From the NCBI GenBank assembly GCA_964486045.1, contig CAZALK010000007.1:96001-160000 (forward strand): a stretch of 64,000 nt of DNA. The letters are read 5' to 3'. Position 1 is the first letter of the stretch. Each line of letters begins with the position of its first letter. The notes under the pieces are model-generated. The model was not told the DNA's origin and ran no database searches. It was given only the letters and a program-made list of their open reading frames with translations. Positions 54,102-64,000 of the stretch are shown here, in pieces. The DNA is from an uncultured archaeon. GTDB taxonomy: Archaea > Asgardarchaeota > Lokiarchaeia > Sigyniarchaeales > SOKP01. The translations under genes and the position numbers were made by a program.

Positions 54102-54917
54102 ATGGCACGACCTTTATGGTTCGTTACATTATTAAAAAAAACGTTCCCAAATGTTAAATTTATAGCAAAACTGACTAATTTACCGATTATAGGGAAAATA
54201 ATTGATCATCTCCTCTTTGAAGGCGACCATCTCATTTATCTTCCTCAAGATAGAGTCATTAACATCGATAAATCATTAGGAGAATACGATGAGGCAGTTT
54301 TACCATCCCAAATATTAAAATATTTTATCAATAAAGCTAAAAATCACTGGATCATGAATTTTTGTATTTGTAGAACAAGTATGAAATGTGAAGATTATCC
54401 TCAGGATTTAGGTTATCTGTTCCTTGGTGAAGCTATACTGGATATAAATCCACAGTTAGGGAGATTAGTGAGTAAAGATGAAGCTCTAGATCACATAAAG
54501 AAGTGTGATGAAGCAGGTTTAGTTCACATGATTGGAAGAAATAAATTGGACGCACAATGGCTTGGTGTAGGTCCAGGAGACAAACTATTAACAATATGTA
54601 ATTGTGATCCATGTTGCTGCTTATGGCGTACAGCCCCATTTTTAACACCAAAGATTGGATCGAAGGTAAAGAAAATACCCGGCGTTAAAATCCATGTGAC
54701 AAATAAATGCACTGGGTGTGGGACCTGCAGAAATGGGATATGTTTTGTTGATGCAATTAAGGAAATAAACGATAAATCTTTTATAAGTGAATCCTGTAAA
54801 GGATGTGGTCGTTGTGTTAGTATTTGCCCTCAAAAAGCAATTGAGTTTATAATTGAAGATAAAAACTATATAGAAACATCTATTAAAGAATTAGACGAAA
54901 TACTAGATGTTTCTTAA
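54102..54917 (+). CDS. 4Fe-4S binding protein
   Basis: CICR, ICNC-CCC, and two C-terminal CxxCxxC motifs. Confidence 0.88.
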   Translation: MARPLWFVTLLKKTFPNVKFIAKLTNLPIIGKIIDHLLFEGDHLIYLPQDRVINIDKSLGEYDEAVLPSQILKYFINKAKNHWIMNFCICRTSMKCEDYPQDLGYLFLGEAILDINPQLGRLVSKDEALDHIKKCDEAGLVHMIGRNKLDAQWLGVGPGDKLLTICNCDPCCCLWRTAPFLTPKIGSKVKKIPGVKIHVTNKCTGCGTCRNGICFVDAIKEINDKSFISESCKGCGRCVSICPQKAIEFIIEDKNYIETSIKELDEILDVS

Positions 54918-54992
54918 TCATAAATATTCTGAGCAATTTTTCCCAAAAAAGAAATAGTTACGGAAACAGCTTCAATAAAATAGTTTTATTCG

Positions 54993-55958
54993 CTAATTTT
55001 TAACAATATCCTTGAAAAAATTAACAAATGCGTTATAGTCATTATTTAAAATTTGTATATCAAATGGTTTATGCTTTTTAAGTCCAAGCATATAGTAGGG
55101 TAAAATAGTTTCTTTTATCGTAATTGGTTTAAATATAAAGTAGTTTCCCGATTTTTTCAATAAAATCTGATCTTCTTGGTTTTCTAACTCCATTTCTTCA
55201 AATACATCGTTAAGCGAGAGAAAATAAGCGATTGTGCTACTCAATTTTTTTTTTGAATCCTCATCCTTAAAAAAGGAACCCAAAATTATCGAGTTTTTCT
55301 CGACGATAATTAAACCCTCACAGTCTAATTTTCTTGCATATTCTTCGATAGTTTGTTGAATTAATTCCGATTTTGGGAATAATTCCAATAACATCTTTGA
55401 CATGGCACTCATTATTGTATATGGAGAGTAAATTGAAGTTCTATAAAATTTTATCATTCGATAATTTGCAGTCTCAATTATCTCTTTTTGTAGTTTTTGT
55501 ATTTCATTTTCTATTTCATTTCTAACGTTTTGAATTAATTTGGGATCATATTTATGAAAGAAAATATAGATGGGTGGGTTTATTTTCAATTCTCTAAATT
55601 TCTCAATCACATCATAAAAATAACTCAATGACTCAAGCACGCGAGAAGTATCTAATATATCAATAACATATATCGCGATTTCAGTATCTTCAAAATATTT
55701 ACTAGGATTTTTTAAATAAGATATACGGTAACTTTTTTGACCTCCTAAATCCCATTCACTTATTTCTTTTCCTAAAAACTTAAAATTAGTTCTTTGAGCA
55801 CCTCTTGTTGGCTCAAGTAAAGCGATCTTTGATAATTCTTTCTGCAAAGCCAATATAATGCTTGTTTTGCCTGCAGCATCTAAACCTGTAAAAAGGATCT
55901 TGTAAGTTTTTTCCTTAGACCTTCCTTCTTTTTGAAAAAACAGTAATGAGTCTTCCAA
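54993..55958 (-). CDS. Arf/Rag-like small GTPase with C-terminal longin/roadblock-like domain
   Basis: GLDAAGKTS, PT, WDLGGQ, HKYD, TSI, plus a ~130-aa C-terminal alpha/beta domain. Confidence 0.9.
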   Translation of the reverse strand: MEDSLLFFQKEGRSKEKTYKILFTGLDAAGKTSIILALQKELSKIALLEPTRGAQRTNFKFLGKEISEWDLGGQKSYRISYLKNPSKYFEDTEIAIYVIDILDTSRVLESLSYFYDVIEKFRELKINPPIYIFFHKYDPKLIQNVRNEIENEIQKLQKEIIETANYRMIKFYRTSIYSPYTIMSAMSKMLLELFPKSELIQQTIEEYARKLDCEGLIIVEKNSIILGSFFKDEDSKKKLSSTIAYFLSLNDVFEEMELENQEDQILLKKSGNYFIFKPITIKETILPYYMLGLKKHKPFDIQILNNDYNAFVNFFKDIVKN

Positions 55959-56170
55959 ATGGATTTCACCTTGGTAAAAATAAATGAATATTTACGCCAA
56001 GAATTGTACAGATATATTGTTATTTAAATCTATGTTAGTAGGAAAAGCTCAGAAATCAAACACTTTTCGATTTATTCCATCGAGTTTTTATTATTTCTAG
56101 TATTAAGTATTGATGAACAGTTTTAACTTTTAGATTTTAAGAGCTCTTACGAATAATTTAAACTATTGTC

Positions 56171-57475
56171 TTATCTTTTTAACTTCTTTATTTTAGATAT
56201 TCCCCTGCTTATTCGATATAATATATCTTCAATTTCTGTGGGTTTTACAATTAATGGGGGCATTAGGATATGAGTGTTTTTTTTGTTTCCACAGTAATTC
56301 AATAAAACTCCTTCTTTTATTATGGAAAGCATCCCTAATCGGCTATTTTCTTCATCAAAAAATTCCATACCCCACATCAAACCTCTTCCCCTAACTTCTT
56401 TAATAATATCAGAATTTTGTTTCGCAATCTTTTCCAACCCATTACCAAACATCTTTCCCATATCCTTAACATGATTTAAAAATTCTGGGTCTGATTGTAT
56501 CTCTAGCATTTCTATTGCTACAGCACATCCAAGATCCGACCCTCCAGTAGTAGAGATATGAATAAAGGCATCTTTATTAAAAACTGCTTTTTCTATAAAT
56601 GGTTTATAACTACACGTTGATAAAGGATAAATTCCAGAGCTCATACCTTTCCCGCATACAATAAAATCAGGTATAACTTTTTCTTCTGGATACAAACCCC
56701 CAATGATTGCCCAAAAATGCCCAGTCCGCCCCAATCCTGCTTGAACTTCATCAATAATCAGCATTACACCATTTTCATCACAAATCTCTCGAACTTCGGG
56801 AAAATAGTCCTTAGGGGCAATTATAACACCTCCAGTAGCAGGAATTGTTTCTAAAATCACACATGCAACTTCTTCATTTACAACTTCCCTCAAAGCATTC
56901 ACATCTCCAAAAAGTACTTGTTTAAATTCAGGCAGGTTCCATAAAAAGGGATCTTTAAAATCAGGATCACCAGTTAATAATGCAAACCCCGTATGACCAT
57001 GATAACCTCCTTTCGCTGATATACAGCCTTTTCTTTTAGTAAATGCTCTTGAAAATTTAATAGCTGTGTCAACTGCCTCACCACCACTAACTCCAAATGT
57101 TGTTTTGCTAATCTCACCAGGCATTAGTTCTGCTAATTTTTTTCCTAATAATGCTCGTTGTTCTGAGAGTAGCATATGATCTCCAAGATCTAATCCGCCA
57201 TTTAATGCATTTTTAAGACTTTGTAAAATTCTCGGATTTCTATGCCCTAAATTAAAGACTCCTCCAGATGATCGGCAGTTATACAACACTATTGGAGGTT
57301 CACCTTCTCTTAATCCTTCCAATGTTCTTAGTTTTATCCCTTCTCTTTTACCAGGAATTACTCCTAGACCAAAACCTTTAAAAGTTCGCACTTTCGCAGC
57401 ATTTACATGTTTTGAATAGAGTTTTAGCAATTTTTTTTGAGATAATGAACCAATATACTTTTTTGATTTCTCCAT
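56171..57475 (-). CDS. Class-III aminotransferase (putrescine/acetylornithine-like)
   Basis: GVFNLGH, SGGEAVD, GYHG, DEVQAGLGRTG, GKG. Confidence 0.92.
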   Translation of the reverse strand: MEKSKKYIGSLSQKKLLKLYSKHVNAAKVRTFKGFGLGVIPGKREGIKLRTLEGLREGEPPIVLYNCRSSGGVFNLGHRNPRILQSLKNALNGGLDLGDHMLLSEQRALLGKKLAELMPGEISKTTFGVSGGEAVDTAIKFSRAFTKRKGCISAKGGYHGHTGFALLTGDPDFKDPFLWNLPEFKQVLFGDVNALREVVNEEVACVILETIPATGGVIIAPKDYFPEVREICDENGVMLIIDEVQAGLGRTGHFWAIIGGLYPEEKVIPDFIVCGKGMSSGIYPLSTCSYKPFIEKAVFNKDAFIHISTTGGSDLGCAVAIEMLEIQSDPEFLNHVKDMGKMFGNGLEKIAKQNSDIIKEVRGRGLMWGMEFFDEENSRLGMLSIIKEGVLLNYCGNKKNTHILMPPLIVKPTEIEDILYRISRGISKIKKLKR

Positions 57476-57806
57476 AATTGTAATTATAAAAGAATAAATT
57501 TATTAAAATTATGAATTAACGTAGAATTCGAGAAAGGTTATTGATTTAATTTTGAAGCTTCTTCAGCAACTAAATTATTTGAAAACATAAAATTTTCAAG
57601 AATAAATGCTCAATCAATTGGTAAGAAAATAATTGCATACAAAATTGTGAAATACCTTTATGAATTTTAATTTTAGAGATGATATTATGAATTCTTTATA
57701 TTATCCACTTAATATCCAGATATTTCAGAAATCTAAAATAAAAAGAATAAAGAAAAAAAATTGCAGACTTGTTTATTAACTCCGCCAAAATAGCGAACTG
57801 GCTAAC

Positions 57807-57900
57807 TTAAAATTCGTATCCACATTTCTTGCAGACCTGTTCTTTTGCATACATCGGAATATGTCCAATATAGCTTAAAACATTACTTTTATCTTCAACG
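57807..57900 (-). pseudogene. Orphan 3' copy of the zinc-ribbon tail of 58254-59177
   Basis: VEDKSNVLSYIGHIPMYAKEQVCKKCGYEF* vs IEDKSKVLSYISHIPMYAKKQVCKKCGYEF*. Confidence 0.85.
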
Positions 57901-58030
57901 AAAGATGAAGCTTTATATAAATATAATTTTTGCGAATAAATCACTTTTCATTTTCGCATGATGCCCCCTATCAATAGCTTAAGCTTATTAGTAGATGTAA
58001 AAATAATTTACTTAGTTGAATAAAAATCAT

Positions 58031-58189
58031 ACCGTTACCACTTGGTGGTTGGACTGATTCATAAACTTGAGCTAACCATCTATACTAATTCTTGCAAGGA
58101 AGAAGCATAGGATTGGGAGATATTATTTCCCAGAGTTTTGATAGAAGAGAAAAATCTTCAGCAAAACTATCTCTGATTTCATTATTTGG
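58031..58189 (-). pseudogene. Internal gene fragment resembling type I restriction subunit HsdR
   Basis: PNNEIRDSFAEDFSLLSKLWEIISPNPMLLPCKN*YRWLAQVYESVQPPSGNG; family recalled from memory, not searched. Confidence 0.45.
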
Positions 58190-58253
58190 GACAAATACAT
58201 AAAATTTTATATAAAATAAAGAGAAATGAAAAAAGAAATATTAAAAAAAAAGT

Positions 58254-59177
58254 TCAGAACTCGTAGCCGCATTTTTTGCAAACTTGCTTCTTTGCATACA
58301 TCGGGATGTGGCTAATATAACTTAAGACTTTACTCTTATCTTCGATTTGCTTGATATCATGGCCAACTGCGCCACACATTGGACAAGTAATTCTTTCTTC
58401 ACTTGCAAAACCGCCTGTACCTATATCAGGAGGTTTCAATTCTTCTAACTCAGTCTCTACTTCGCTGAGGTGAACAGATGCGGATTCAATTTTATGGTCT
58501 CTTTCTGATACAGATTCACTTAGTTCTTGGACTTGTGTATCTCTTTGTAATAAAGTGTTATTTATTTCACTTAGTTGTGAGGTTAATTGGGTAACTTCTT
58601 CTTGAGATGCTGAAATTTTAGAAGTTAAATCTTCAATTTCAGATTTTAAATTACTAATTTCCCCTTGATTTGCAGAACTGGAGCTATTGGCTTCATTTAA
58701 TTGTGCTTCTAAACCTTCGGCATTTTGTTTAGCAGTTTCTAAAGCTGAAGTTAAATTTGCTACATTTTCTTCTGTTGAACTTATTTTAGAATCTTTTAGT
58801 GCAAGGTTGTTTTCAAGGTCACTTATTTTAGTCTTGAATTCTTCTAATTCAGTACTTAGAGAAACATTTTCAGTAGTTAAATTAGTAATAGTTTGATCTT
58901 TTTCTTTGATTGTAGCTTGATCATCTGCAAGGGTTTTTTCAAGTGTATTCTGAGTATCAGCAAGGGTACCTTTTGTTTCATCAAGATTATTTTTTATATC
59001 AATCAGTTCAGTTTCAGTTCTCTTTTGATGTTCTTTTGCTTGTGTTAATTCAGTTTTAGATTCATTTAATTGTTTTTCCAGATCATTTACCTTAGCTCTA
59101 AGATCTAATAAGAGTCTACCTTCTACGGCCACTTTCTTATCTGGCTTTGATTCAGCTTTTTCCCAGTCAATACTAAT
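58254..59177 (-). CDS. Long coiled-coil protein with C-terminal zinc ribbon; probable ATT start at 59177
   Basis: Heptad repeats, CPMCG...CKKCG; the frame extends upstream as (M)SIDWEKAESKPDKK. Confidence 0.88.
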   Translation of the reverse strand: MSIDWEKAESKPDKKVAVEGRLLLDLRAKVNDLEKQLNESKTELTQAKEHQKRTETELIDIKNNLDETKGTLADTQNTLEKTLADDQATIKEKDQTITNLTTENVSLSTELEEFKTKISDLENNLALKDSKISSTEENVANLTSALETAKQNAEGLEAQLNEANSSSSANQGEISNLKSEIEDLTSKISASQEEVTQLTSQLSEINNTLLQRDTQVQELSESVSERDHKIESASVHLSEVETELEELKPPDIGTGGFASEERITCPMCGAVGHDIKQIEDKSKVLSYISHIPMYAKKQVCKKCGYEF

Positions 59178-59384
59178 AACATTTCACCTTTGAGTATTTC
59201 AAATATCGATAATTTTAAAATTAGTTTATTGAATTGATTTGATTATTAATATATATCATATTGAATTAAGCTTTTAATTTTTTTTGACTTTAAAGTTTAA
59301 AAAATATGTATCAAGTATTATGATAATTATTTTTAAGGTTATAATAAATTATAATGAAATAATAAGTGAAACTGGATAAAATAA

Positions 59385-60233
59385 ATGGACCAACCAGACA
59401 ATCCACGAATAAAAATTGAATATATTTCTACTTCGGGAGTATTTAAAACACCTTTTACAATAATAATACTTTTTCAGTTGTTTTTTGGGTATTTTGTCGC
59501 ATTCTTAATAAATATATGGTTTTATAATGACTTGTATTTTCTTCTAACAAAAAAAAGTTTTTTATCTTTTGTCTTGATTGGGCAATGGTGGGAATGGCTT
59601 TTGCTTCCACTGAATCTTTATGGAACCATCTATGTGTTTGTTTTTTCTATCATTTTATGTTCAGGAGGGATAAATAAGATTTTAAAACGATTATGTCCGC
59701 TTAAAGAAGGGGTATTCAAAAAGGGAAGTAAAGAATGGAAATATACTCATCGAAGATTTTGGAATGCCTATTTTCCAATTTGGCTGGCAAGAGCAATTCC
59801 AATACCTTGGTCAGATATTTTTGTTTACAGATTATTTGGTGTTCCAATTGGGAAAAATGTTGTTGCTTACGAAGGATATATTGATCCTGAGCTTGTAGAA
59901 ATCGGAGATTTTACCATGACTTCATTAAACATATGCATCTTCTCACATTTACTATACCATGAACACATTATTATCAAGAAGGTAAAAATAGGTAAAGCAT
60001 GCGTTGTAGGGCCTCAATCAATAATAAGCCCTGGTACTATCATGCAAGATGGAGCGATTTTAGGAGCAAATAGCTATACATGGATAGATCAAGAATTAAA
60101 GGGGAATTTAATTCATGTTGGAACTCCTGTAAGTACGAGCTTTCCGATTCAATCAGTAGAAGAGTCAAAAGAAAAAGTAGAAAGAATAAAGGATGACATT
60201 TACGAAAATATGGAAGGAGGTGGTAAGAAATAA
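59385..60233 (+). CDS. Membrane protein with left-handed beta-helix (acyltransferase-like) domain
   Basis: TM helices followed by FGV-IG-N, ELVEIGD, IG--CVVG----I-PG hexapeptides. Confidence 0.85.
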   Translation: MDQPDNPRIKIEYISTSGVFKTPFTIIILFQLFFGYFVAFLINIWFYNDLYFLLTKKSFLSFVLIGQWWEWLLLPLNLYGTIYVFVFSIILCSGGINKILKRLCPLKEGVFKKGSKEWKYTHRRFWNAYFPIWLARAIPIPWSDIFVYRLFGVPIGKNVVAYEGYIDPELVEIGDFTMTSLNICIFSHLLYHEHIIIKKVKIGKACVVGPQSIISPGTIMQDGAILGANSYTWIDQELKGNLIHVGTPVSTSFPIQSVEESKEKVERIKDDIYENMEGGGKK

Positions 60234-60971
60234 ATGTTCCAACCCGCGAGTTTAAAGGGTGAATCTCCTACACCGATAGATGAGAGGTTACGAAACAAAT
60301 ACATAATCATTTATTTGATTATTATAGTCCTTAGTTTTATCCCTTGTTCTATATTTGAATACGTTTATATTTTATTATTGTGGGTGGAAGATTTTCATTT
60401 ATTATTCTTTCTTTTACTACCATTTAATTTCATTATTTTTATTTATTTGCTCCAGTTGAGTGCGATATTATTTTCCGTATTATCTTTAACTATCATTAAT
60501 CTTATTAATTCACCGAAAGAAGGAAATTTTTCTCGAGATATTCATGACAAAAATTATCTATTCTGGAATCTAAGAAACATTTCAAAAAAATGGGCACTGT
60601 TTATTACAGCTTCAAATCCACTCCCCTGGTTAAAAAATCGGTTTACACTTAAATTTTTCGGTGTAAAGATTGGTAAGAAATGTTTATGCTACACATGTTG
60701 GATTTCTTCTGAGTTTGTAGAAATTGGTGATAATGTTATAATTGGAATGGGAAGTACTCTTTTGAGTTTTGGAATTGAGCAAGATAAATTCTTTTTAAAA
60801 AAAATTCAAATAGAAGATGATGTAATAATTGGGGCTAAATGTGTATTATTGCCTGGGACAGTTCTAAAAAAAGGAGCAAAATTATCTGCTCATTCCTATA
60901 CAAAATATAATGATATATTAGCTGAAAATTCAATTTACAAAGGTCATCCAGCAAAATTAAAAGAAGCATAA
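60234..60971 (+). CDS. Paralogous membrane left-handed beta-helix protein
   Basis: TM helices, FGVKIGK, EFVEIGDNVIIG, VIIGAKCVLLPG, GHPAK. Confidence 0.85.
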   Translation: MFQPASLKGESPTPIDERLRNKYIIIYLIIIVLSFIPCSIFEYVYILLLWVEDFHLLFFLLLPFNFIIFIYLLQLSAILFSVLSLTIINLINSPKEGNFSRDIHDKNYLFWNLRNISKKWALFITASNPLPWLKNRFTLKFFGVKIGKKCLCYTCWISSEFVEIGDNVIIGMGSTLLSFGIEQDKFFLKKIQIEDDVIIGAKCVLLPGTVLKKGAKLSAHSYTKYNDILAENSIYKGHPAKLKEA

Positions 60972-60977
60972 GTTGAT

Positions 60978-62572
60978 ATGATAAAAGAAAATAATGTCAA
61001 ATTAAATCCAAAACAAAAATTTGAGACAAAAAAGAGATTTGTAATTATCTCTGATACCCATATTAGTCGATCGGGGGGTGCTTTTAACCTTCATACCTTC
61101 AACTTAGGTATAGAGCAAATAAATAAAGTAAAAGATGTCGATTTGTTTTTGCATTTAGGGGATATCACCCAAAATGGTACTTTATTGGAGTATGAGTACG
61201 CATTAGAGCAATTAGAAAAATTTCAACCTGTTTCTAAGTGCCCATTAATATATCTTATTGGGAATCACGATGCTATGAATGTAGGGTACCTCCTTTTTGA
61301 AGAAATGGTTGGAGAAAGGCATATTGAATATGAAGATGATGAAATCTTTATTATAGGAATTGATAGCACTAAACCTGACCTTCCTGGGGGAATAATTCAC
61401 CATAACATAATAGAACTCGTTAGGGCCGAATTAATGAAGAGAGAAAGAGAAGATAAATTCAAAGTTGTGTGTTTTCATCACCAACTAATCCCAATCCCTA
61501 ATACTGGGAAAGAAAGATCTGCTATTGACGATTCAGGAGATATGCTTCAAATGCTTTTAGAAACAAATGCAGATTTAGTTTTAAATGGGCATCGACACAC
61601 GTCAAATTTATACACTTTAAGCAATAGTGAAAAAGACCTTTACATATTTAATGCGGGTACATTCTGTTGTAATAAAACTAGATATCGTGATTTATTTACG
61701 TATGCAATTATAGATATCGAGGGATGTAAACTCAACTTTAAAGTGATTCCTGTATTAGATTCTAACTCATTGCAAGAAATAATCGTGAAGTCAATTATTA
61801 TCTTCCATTAGAAATAGAAAAAAGCAAAAAACCATTATGTAGGTTAATTCAATTGTCACACTCAATGATAACCGAAAGGATGGAAAATCAATTCACTAAT
61901 TTCGATAGGGCGATTGAAAAAATCAACACAATTAAAGATATTGATTTGGTCATACACACTGGTAACGTTACTCATAATAGTTATAAAGAAGAATTTAGAA
62001 TAGCTAAGGATAAAATAAATAGATTAATTTATCCATATCTAGTCGTTCCTGGATATACAGACTCAAAACCGCCTTACTGGGAATACTGGAAAAGATATTT
62101 CAATGAATTTGATCCAGTCTTCGAAAATGAGAAGTTTTATTTTCAAGGATTAAATTCTACTACTAGAGATTCAACAGAGGGTTTCATTGGGAGAAATAGA
62201 ATGAATAAGTTTATCGAAAAAGTTTTAACAATTAGCCATCAAAAAATATTAGGAGTTTGCTGTTTTCATAGTCTAATCCCTACACCTTTAAGTGTCTGGC
62301 GGACTGAATTAATCGATTCTGGAGATGTACTTTCTCAATTTGCGCGATCTCAAATAGATCTCTGCTTAAATAGCTCACCAAGTATAAATTTTAATGTAAA
62401 GATTGATAACACGATATTCACTAATGGTGGATCCCTTAATCCTGAGAGGTTTAACGAGTCTTTTATCGAAATAGAGATTTTTAAAAAAGGGTTTGTTATA
62501 CTCAAGGAACACGACTTAAAGACGGGGCAAATAAAAGTAGTTGGTACATATACAATAACAATTTTCACATAA
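60978..62572 (+). CDS. Two-domain calcineurin-like metallophosphoesterase, frameshifted near 61781
   Basis: SDTH, GDIT, GNHD, HH and GHRH in domain 1. The frame NREVNYYLPLE...LIQLSH links to a degenerate domain 2. Confidence 0.85.
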
Positions 62573-62725
62573 TTGATGAAAATGAATTCTTTGGGAATTC
62601 AACATATTTCTTAACTTAAAACAAACTTAAAAAGTGTTTTTTTACTAATAAAACTAAGGTTAAACACTCTAATATTAAGATTTTTTAGAGTATTATATTA
62701 ATTTTAATTATTTTAAGTTATTCTA

Positions 62726-63007
62726 ATGGCCAAAATCAAACTAAATTTATTAAATATTTTCCAGCTGAGAACCGATAAGAAATTTATTGAGTACGAAGGC
62801 AAAACAGTAGGTGACATTATCTCACAGTTTCTAGTTGACCATAAAAGTAAATTAGATGGTGAAATATTAAGTAAAAATAAGAAGAAGTTTAATTCTCAAG
62901 TGCTTATACTGTTAAATGGAAGGAATATTAAATATCTGAAAGATTATAAAACAAAACTTAAAGAATCTGATGAAATGTATCTTAGTTTTGCTTTAGCTGG
63001 GGGATAA
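62726..63007 (+). CDS. Ubiquitin-like MoaD/Urm1/SAMP protein
   Basis: ILLNGRNI, T-L---D, C-terminal GG. Confidence 0.92.
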   Translation: MAKIKLNLLNIFQLRTDKKFIEYEGKTVGDIISQFLVDHKSKLDGEILSKNKKKFNSQVLILLNGRNIKYLKDYKTKLKESDEMYLSFALAGG

Positions 63008-63162
63008 AGCAAATATATCGAGTTTGTAAACGTTAACCTTAAATATTAAAATAATCATATTTTTTTTACTAAAAGCGATTCTTTATTAGTAGTTTTAAAT
63101 TTTGAATATATTAGGATAGAGCTTTTAGAAATACAATTGTACTATTACAAAGGTGTATATTA

Positions 63163-64000
63163 TTGAGGAAAATAGCATTTCTTGGTCTAGACAATGCGGG
63201 TAAGACCAGCATAATTACTGCAATTTCGAAACGATTTGGATTTGAGGATACTGTGGCTAAATTAATGCCAACAAGGAGAATCGCTCGTGATACTTTCAAA
63301 TTTTTAGGATTGGAATTTTCCAGACTAGATTTTGGTGGTCAGAGAATTTATCGAGATGATTATCTAAAACATCCTGAGAAATTCTTAAATGGTATAGATT
63401 TAATCTATTACGTTATTGATGCTCAAGATTTTGATAGATATATTGAAACAATTGATTATTTGGATCAAGTACTGCTCTTTTTTAAAGAATCCCAAGAAGA
63501 TGTTATGGTTTCGGTTCTATTTCATAAGTTTGATCCACAACTTGTTGATGATGTCGAAATAAATAAAAGAATTTTAACATTAAAGCAAGCGTTAACAAGG
63601 TATTCTAATCACTTTGATATATTTTTCTTTGAAACAACGATATTCGATATTAAATCGATAATGGATGCTTTTTCTAGTGGTTTATCAATGTTATTTGATA
63701 AAATAGAATTGGTTTCTAATCTTTTTTCCGAAATCAGTAAGAACTATAATTCAATTTTGATTTCCCTTTTTGATGCTAAAGGTATAACCATTGGGGAGCA
63801 CCATCGCCCACACTTACAGCTAACTCAGAAATTAAAGATTTATGAAATTTATTTGGATTTACAAAAGCGTATTATTGCAGAAAATAGGAGGTTATTCGAA
63901 TTTTCTGATAAGTTTGAGAGTGGGGAAAGATTCTCAGGTATAATTGAAGTACTTAAATTTGGAAATTTAGATTTTTATCTTTTGTTTATCATAGAAGAAG
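63163..64000 (+). CDS. Arf/Rag-like small GTPase with C-terminal domain (runs off window)
   Basis: TTG start 6 nt after GGTGT; MRKIAFLGLDNAGKTS, PT, DFGGQ, HKFD, TTI. Confidence 0.92.
   Translation, partial: MRKIAFLGLDNAGKTSIITAISKRFGFEDTVAKLMPTRRIARDTFKFLGLEFSRLDFGGQRIYRDDYLKHPEKFLNGIDLIYYVIDAQDFDRYIETIDYLDQVLLFFKESQEDVMVSVLFHKFDPQLVDDVEINKRILTLKQALTRYSNHFDIFFFETTIFDIKSIMDAFSSGLSMLFDKIELVSNLFSEISKNYNSILISLFDAKGITIGEHHRPHLQLTQKLKIYEIYLDLQKRIIAENRRLFEFSDKFESGERFSGIIEVLKFGNLDFYLLFIIEE

Overview
AT-rich archaeal chromosomal window, most consistent with an Asgard archaeon of the Lokiarchaeia. The evidence is archaeal-type rps13-rps4-rps11, SerRS, CofC, a histone, three small GTPases (one Rab-like, two Arf/Rag-like), LRR proteins with the Loki-type 'EFWxHCSNLQVW' domain, and GGTGA Shine-Dalgarno motifs. 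Most of the window is ordinary metabolic and housekeeping genes mixed with many gene remnants and some frameshifts or nonsense codons, a few of which may be assembly errors. No rRNA, tRNA, CRISPR array or transposase was seen. The top finding is an unannotated histone gene with a Lys-rich N-terminal tail (41236-41502), interrupted by a 30-nt stop-containing insert (41290-41319). The insert ends fall exactly on the predicted cut sites of a bulge-helix-loop motif, so it is a candidate endonuclease-spliced mRNA intron. Second, four genes appear to start at ATT/ATA codons placed exactly 6 nt after a Shine-Dalgarno motif. Other points of interest are an AGXT2/ALDH6A1/ADHFE1-like catabolic trio, a Pro-rich protein with a steadiness-box-like C-terminus, a second histone 3' end fused to an unrelated frame, and paired palindromes with 8-bp spacers. 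All family assignments come from motif recognition by eye; no searches were run.
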